Source of the DNA: an uncultured Bacteroides sp.
GTDB taxonomy: Bacteria > Bacteroidota > Bacteroidia > Bacteroidales > Muribaculaceae
Reading direction: 5' to 3'
Length of the DNA stretch: 63,409 bases
Assembly: GCA_964651295.1 (NCBI GenBank)
Contig: CAZYYV010000001.1
Location: 1-63,409 of the forward strand
This document shows positions 58,172-63,409 of the stretch, one piece after another. The first letter of the stretch is position 1. Each line of letters opens with the position of its first letter. Under the pieces are notes generated by a model, which was not told the origin of the DNA, made no database searches, and worked only from the letters and a program-made list of their open reading frames with translations. The position numbers and the translations under genes were made by a program.

Positions 58172-58978
58172 ATGAATTTCAAAGAAATCATATCTTCGAC
58201 TCAAAACTATAACTTTCATAGTCATACACAATTTTGCGACGGCCGCGCCGACATGGAAACCATGGCGCGAGCCGCCGTTGCTTGTGGTATGCTACACTAT
58301 GGTTTTTCGCCTCATAGTCCGATTCCCATCGAATCTCCATGTAATATGAGCGCCGACGTAGTAGAAGAATATCTTGCCGAAGTTGCTCGTATTTCAGCTT
58401 TGCCCGAATTATCATCTTGCCGTTTCTATGCTGCTATGGAGGTGGATTATCTGGGTGCTGATTGGGGACCATCTTCCGACTATTTCAGGCAATTGCCTCT
58501 TGATTACATCATAGGGTCTGTGCACTTTATTCCTACACAATCGGGCGAACTTGTCGATATTGACGGAAACTTCAGGAATTTCAAACAGCGTATGGCTGAT
58601 CACTTTAGAAATGATATCGACTATGTTGTGGATACATTCTATTCTCAGTCGAGAGCTATGCTTGTAGCCGGTGGCTTTGATATTCTCGGACACTTCGATA
58701 AAATAGGGCAGAATGCATCTTATTTTGCCCCCGGAATCGAAGATGGCGAGCACTATCAGAGCTTGGTTTCGCAACTTATCGATGATATAATAGCTCGTAA
58801 ATTAACTATCGAATTAAATACAAAGGCACGCCGTGAGCATGGTCGATTCTTCCCGGGTGAACGTTATCTATCTCGCTTAAAAGAAGCCGGAGTGACTATC
58901 CTTGTCAATAGCGATGCTCACCATCCGGATTATATTGAAGCTTCTCGTTTCGAAGCCTTAGCACTGCTTAACTCTTGA
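58172..58978 (+). CDS. PHP-family histidinol-phosphatase (HisJ/HisK-like)
   Basis: HSHTQFCDG, IGSVH, GHFDKI, NSDAH. Confidence 0.88.
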   Translation: MNFKEIISSTQNYNFHSHTQFCDGRADMETMARAAVACGMLHYGFSPHSPIPIESPCNMSADVVEEYLAEVARISALPELSSCRFYAAMEVDYLGADWGPSSDYFRQLPLDYIIGSVHFIPTQSGELVDIDGNFRNFKQRMADHFRNDIDYVVDTFYSQSRAMLVAGGFDILGHFDKIGQNASYFAPGIEDGEHYQSLVSQLIDDIIARKLTIELNTKARREHGRFFPGERYLSRLKEAGVTILVNSDAHHPDYIEASRFEALALLNS

Positions 58979-58981
58979 CGT

Positions 58982-60835
58982 ATGCGAACTATCGAACTAC
59001 TTGCACCGGCGCGAGATGTTGCCGTCGGTCGTATTGCAATCATGGCAGGAGCCGATGCCGTCTATATAGGAGCATCGTCATTCGGCGCTAGAGCTGCTGC
59101 CGGAAATAGCGTTAGCGATATCGCAGAATTGTGTGCCTTTGCTCATCGCTATCGTGCTCGTGTCTATGTGACGATGAATACCATTCTCTTCGATAACGAA
59201 CTTGAAGATGCTCGTCGTTTGGTATGGCAACTTTATCAAGCGGGCGTGGATGCTCTCATCGTTCAAGATATGGCATATCTTGAAATGGATTTGCCGCCAA
59301 TTGCGCTACACGCAAGTACGCAGTGTGATATACGAACACCGGAAAAAGCTCGAGGGTTAGCGCAAGCTGGATTCTCGCAGTTGGTACTCCCTCGTGAGTT
59401 TTCGCTAGAGGATATAAAAGCTTGTCGTGAAGCTGCCGGTGTCCCGGTTGAAATATTTGTTCATGGGGCATTGTGTGTCAGCTATAGTGGCGACTGTCAG
59501 GCTGGATTTGTGGCAATGAATCGTAGTGCCAATCGTGGTGTATGTCCGCAGATGTGTCGATTACCATACGAACTCGTTGACGAGGATGGTAAAGTAGTCG
59601 GTCCCGAAAAACATTACCTCTCACTTCGCGACCTCAATCGAATGTCGGAGCTAAAAGCATTGATAGATGCAGGTGCTTCGTCTTTTAAAATTGAAGGTCG
59701 TCTTAAGGACGCTAGATATGTGGCAAATGTAACCGCGGCATATTCGCAAGCTCTTGATGAAATAGTGTCGGCAAACCCTGATATACAGCGTTCGTCGGTT
59801 GGCCGACGTGAGTGCGGTTTTATACCTGAATTATCTAAGACGTTCAATCGCGGATATACAAATTATTTCCTCCATGGTCGTCCAGTTCGCCAAATATCAA
59901 TGGCATCGCTTGATACGCCAAAGTGGGCAGGCGTACCCGTTGGAAAGGCTGTAACAACATACGATAGCCGCAGACGTTCATTTAAGGCAAAATTGACAGT
60001 CGAACTTGCCAATGGCGATGGTCTTGGCTTCTTCGATTCAACCGGTAAGTTCTGTGGATTCCGTCTTAATAGAGCTACAGGTGATATCCTTTTCCCGGCA
60101 TCGAATCTCGAAGGTCTTGAACGAGGAATGACTATTTATCGAAATAACGACAAATCTTTCTTCGACCTCCTTGACCGTCCTGATGCCGGTTGTCGACGAA
60201 ATATTCAAGTTGACTTCGAACTTCGAACTATCGACGATGCGAGATTTGCTATCACTGCCAGCGATGAGCGTCATTGTTCTGCTACGGTTGTTATTGAAAG
60301 TCCTGCTTCGGTAGCTCGAAACAGTCAAATTGATGCGAGAAAGAATACGCTTTGTAAATTGGGCGGAAGTGGTTTTGTATGCGGAAATGTAGATGATCGA
60401 TTAGCAGATCGCTTTGTGCCTCTGTCAGTATTAGCTGAAGCACGACGCTCTGTGTTGTCAGCCCTTGAGGTCGATGCTGAAGCTACATATTGCTATGATC
60501 GCCGTAAAATATCACAGCTCGCTGTTGATGCTTTTGTCTCAAGCGCTCCGCTGACATATCATGCAAATGTCTCAAATCGTTTGGCTCGAAAATTCTATCT
60601 CGACCACGGTGCAAAGATTGATACTTTGGCTATAGAGGTACAAAAACCGAAAGAAACCGATGTTACGGTGATGACAACTCGCTATTGCATTCGTCGCGAA
60701 CTAGGTGAGTGTCTCAAAGACCGCGAAAGTTCGGCAAAGTTGCCCACACGATTATTTTTACGCAATCCGTCCGGATTATATCGACTGGAATTCGACTGTT
60801 CTCGATGCGGGATGCGTGTTATAAAGACGCGCTGA
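58982..60835 (+). CDS. U32 family protein (RlhA-like RNA hydroxylation) with C-terminal extension
   Basis: ELLAPA, GADAVYIG, HASTQ, HGALCVSYSG.C, NRG.C...CR, KIEGR. Confidence 0.9.
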   Translation: MRTIELLAPARDVAVGRIAIMAGADAVYIGASSFGARAAAGNSVSDIAELCAFAHRYRARVYVTMNTILFDNELEDARRLVWQLYQAGVDALIVQDMAYLEMDLPPIALHASTQCDIRTPEKARGLAQAGFSQLVLPREFSLEDIKACREAAGVPVEIFVHGALCVSYSGDCQAGFVAMNRSANRGVCPQMCRLPYELVDEDGKVVGPEKHYLSLRDLNRMSELKALIDAGASSFKIEGRLKDARYVANVTAAYSQALDEIVSANPDIQRSSVGRRECGFIPELSKTFNRGYTNYFLHGRPVRQISMASLDTPKWAGVPVGKAVTTYDSRRRSFKAKLTVELANGDGLGFFDSTGKFCGFRLNRATGDILFPASNLEGLERGMTIYRNNDKSFFDLLDRPDAGCRRNIQVDFELRTIDDARFAITASDERHCSATVVIESPASVARNSQIDARKNTLCKLGGSGFVCGNVDDRLADRFVPLSVLAEARRSVLSALEVDAEATYCYDRRKISQLAVDAFVSSAPLTYHANVSNRLARKFYLDHGAKIDTLAIEVQKPKETDVTVMTTRYCIRRELGECLKDRESSAKLPTRLFLRNPSGLYRLEFDCSRCGMRVIKTR

Positions 60836-60883
60836 TGCAATAAGACAGCATTAATCGCGTTATTCAAGTATAGACGTTATATA

Positions 60884-62326
60884 ATGAAAATAACATTCAT
60901 AGTTCCACCTTGTACCGATCATAAACAACCAGCAGAACGTACTGCCGGCTGTACTCGTGTTGTATATTTTGCACCTAATATTTATGAGTTGTCTGTGGCA
61001 GCTGTTTTGGAGCAAAATGAAGCAGATGAGGTGCGATACTGCGACTTTGTTTACCATAAGAAAAGTCAGGTCGAGTTCGATTCGTTCTTTGCCACGGACG
61101 ATTCTGATATATACATTATTTGGACTGTTAATCTCTCTATTGCCACTGACCTTAGTGCGATTGGTACAATACGAAGTCATCGTCGTGATGTAAAAGTGGT
61201 ATTGATGGGACCCGGTCCGACTCACTTCACTTCAAAATGTCTTCCGGACGCAAATGTCATTGTAGTCCGCGGTGAACCCGAAGCTACTATTGTAGAGCTT
61301 GTTGAGGCTCTTCGTACAAATGCATCTCTGGATGGTATTCGAGGCATATCTTGGCTTAATGACGAAGGTATAATTATCAATAATCCGCCTCGTCAGCTGA
61401 TTAAAAATCTTGACGAATTACCATTTGTAGCTCGTCATCTTCTAGGTGATGCCGTCTACCATAATCCCAAATTGAAATGCACTCCTTACACGACGATGAT
61501 AACGTCGCGTAACTGCCCGTATAAGTGCATCTATTGTGTGCCTTCATCGCTTACATTTGCGCGAGAAATGGAATTTCGTAGTGAGCACGGTCGCAAGCCT
61601 ACAATTGGTTTTCGATCTCCTGAAAATGTAGAGAAGGAGGTGGCTATGCTTGCTGCCGAAGGCTATAAAGCCATCGGTTTTATGGATGATAATTTCATCT
61701 GGAACGAAGAACGTACAGCAGCTTTGTGTGCCATAATGAAGAAATATGATATCGTATGGGGCTGTCAAGCGCGTGCCGATGCAATTACCGAGCCGATTGC
61801 CAAAATGCTTGGCGAGAGCAATTGTCGATACATCGACCTCGGAGTTGAGTCGTTCAACGATGAAATATTGAAGTATATCAAGAAAGGTGAAACAGCCGAT
61901 GATATCCGTCGTGCAGTTAAGCTTCTTACAAAGTATAAAGTGCCGGTTAAGTTGAATGTGCTTATTGGTAGTAGCCCGCTCGAAACTCGCGAGACTGTAA
62001 TTGATACCCTTCGCGAAACAAAAAAACTTGGAGCCGATCAAGTGATGTTTAACATCGTATCACCATTCCCCGGCACTGAGTTTTATAAGATTTGCAAAGA
62101 GAACGGTTGGCTCGCTACGGAGGATTATGTTCCCACAGACGTTCAGCGTGAATCGATTCTCAACTTACCTCATCTCTCGTCAAAAGAAATGGAGCGCCTA
62201 TTGTATCGCAATAACCTCAGTTTCTTCCTTTCGCCTCGATTTATCGTTAAACAACTTGGCAGATTCCGCTCGTTAAGCGAATTAAGCCATGCTTTTAAAG
62301 CTTTAAAGATTAAGTTATTCGGTTGA
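60884..62326 (+). CDS. B12-binding-domain radical SAM protein
   Basis: RGEPE, SRNCPYKCIYC, DDNF, GVES, PFPGT. Confidence 0.92.
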   Translation: MKITFIVPPCTDHKQPAERTAGCTRVVYFAPNIYELSVAAVLEQNEADEVRYCDFVYHKKSQVEFDSFFATDDSDIYIIWTVNLSIATDLSAIGTIRSHRRDVKVVLMGPGPTHFTSKCLPDANVIVVRGEPEATIVELVEALRTNASLDGIRGISWLNDEGIIINNPPRQLIKNLDELPFVARHLLGDAVYHNPKLKCTPYTTMITSRNCPYKCIYCVPSSLTFAREMEFRSEHGRKPTIGFRSPENVEKEVAMLAAEGYKAIGFMDDNFIWNEERTAALCAIMKKYDIVWGCQARADAITEPIAKMLGESNCRYIDLGVESFNDEILKYIKKGETADDIRRAVKLLTKYKVPVKLNVLIGSSPLETRETVIDTLRETKKLGADQVMFNIVSPFPGTEFYKICKENGWLATEDYVPTDVQRESILNLPHLSSKEMERLLYRNNLSFFLSPRFIVKQLGRFRSLSELSHAFKALKIKLFG

Positions 62327-62327
62327 T

Positions 62328-63080
62328 ATGCTCGATATCTCGCTCGTCATTCTTACGTGTAACCAACGAGACTATACCTTGCGGTGTCTTGACTCGTTAA
62401 GAGCGTTGTTTGACGAGCCGAGATGCGAAGTTATCTTGGTTGATAACGGCTCAACTGATGGTACTGCAGAGTGTATCGAAAAAAAATATCCTAAAGTAAG
62501 GGTAATCCGTCTTGATTCAAACAGAGGTGTTGCAGCCGGTAGAAACGTTGGCCTGAGCCAAGCCAAGGGCCGACATTTAATGATTCTTGACAACGATACT
62601 ATCGCTGATGCCGATACCATTAAAAGTTTATCTGCTTATCTTGATGCTAATGCAGACGTTGGGCTTGTTGCTCCAAAGTTGCTAAGCATTTCCGGAGAAG
62701 TACAGACTAGTTTTCGTCCTTATCCCGGTCTATTGGCAAAAGTAATAAATGTAATCAAAGGAAAAAGACATTCTTCGGTTGCAAATAATGTCCCCAAGAG
62801 ACCAGTTGAGCCATTTTATGTCCTCGGGGCTGCTCAGATGTTTACACGAGAAGTGTATGAAGCAAGCGGAGGCCTTGACGAAAATATCTTTTATGGTCCT
62901 GAAGATGCCGATTTTTGTATGGCGGTACGAGCAGGCGGAAAGAGGGTAGTGTACCTCCCGTCACTATCGATAATTCACGATTGGCAACGAGCTACAACGG
63001 GAAAAATACTGTCCCCGGCCGCTCGTGTCCATATTCGTGCACTTTTATATTTTTACAAGAAACACAGACGATGGCTATAA
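62328..63080 (+). CDS. Glycosyltransferase family 2
   Basis: VDNGSTDGT, GVAAGRNVG, LDND, GPEDADF. Confidence 0.93.
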   Translation: MLDISLVILTCNQRDYTLRCLDSLRALFDEPRCEVILVDNGSTDGTAECIEKKYPKVRVIRLDSNRGVAAGRNVGLSQAKGRHLMILDNDTIADADTIKSLSAYLDANADVGLVAPKLLSISGEVQTSFRPYPGLLAKVINVIKGKRHSSVANNVPKRPVEPFYVLGAAQMFTREVYEASGGLDENIFYGPEDADFCMAVRAGGKRVVYLPSLSIIHDWQRATTGKILSPAARVHIRALLYFYKKHRRWL

Positions 63081-63091
63081 TCGCATCTAAT

Positions 63092-63128
63092 AAAAAATCA
63101 GGCGCTCAGAAATAGGCGCCTGATTTTT
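63092..63128. terminator. Bidirectional terminator
   Basis: aaaaaatcaggcgc...gcgcctgattttt. Confidence 0.85.
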
Positions 63129-63409
63129 CGACGGTGAAATAGTCACAAGTCGAGTTGTTTTATAGATAATTGGTAAGCATAGATAGGATTGTGTATCGTT
63201 GTCTATTATATTGTATTCCATCCGGATAAATAATTTCCCAATTTTTAATACCGGATTAAACAATTACCAAATATTTCTGTTGCAAAGTAAACGATATTTG
63301 CTTGATTGATAAAATAAGTGTAAAATCTACACTAAAAATACAATTTTGATGCAATGTTTTGTATTGTAATGTGTTAGATTGAATATTTGTGTTTTGATAT
63401 AAATATAAA

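Overview
Chromosomal window from a Bacteroidales bacterium. The assignment rests on TAnnTTTG -7 promoter boxes, signal peptides cleaved before Gln, and Bacteroidales-type gene content; a Muribaculaceae-like identity is only an inference. Most of the window is housekeeping or metabolic: fabG, hisS, prs, dusB, thrS-infC-rpmI-rplT, dxr, rseP, rpsO, cstA, floA, two tRNAs, GH13 and GH51 glycosidases, and scattered surface-glycan genes. The best candidate for an undescribed system is a three-gene cassette between fabG and hisS (4391-9876). It encodes an inner-membrane TIR protein with an intact catalytic Glu and a periplasmic beta domain, followed by two secreted paralogues with a conserved N-terminal module but very different TPR arrays, an arrangement resembling a Toll-like receptor with soluble co-receptors. 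Other notable items: (1) a surface Ntn-amidase and membrane AraC pair with a duplicated 55-bp operator-promoter; (2) an in-frame scar of a deleted legB...neuB nonulosonic-acid operon; (3) a NagB-PIG-L fusion whose deaminase catalytic residues are lost; (4) a decayed IS1595 element carrying a passenger gene with a large-phage-type 'IRLTxSEL..IKESV..IL.E' motif; (5) an ABC-ATPase/TOPRIM protein with an altered Walker B; (6) several sRNA candidates. No CRISPR array, rRNA or reverse transcriptase was seen. All calls come from reading motifs by eye; no database searches were run.
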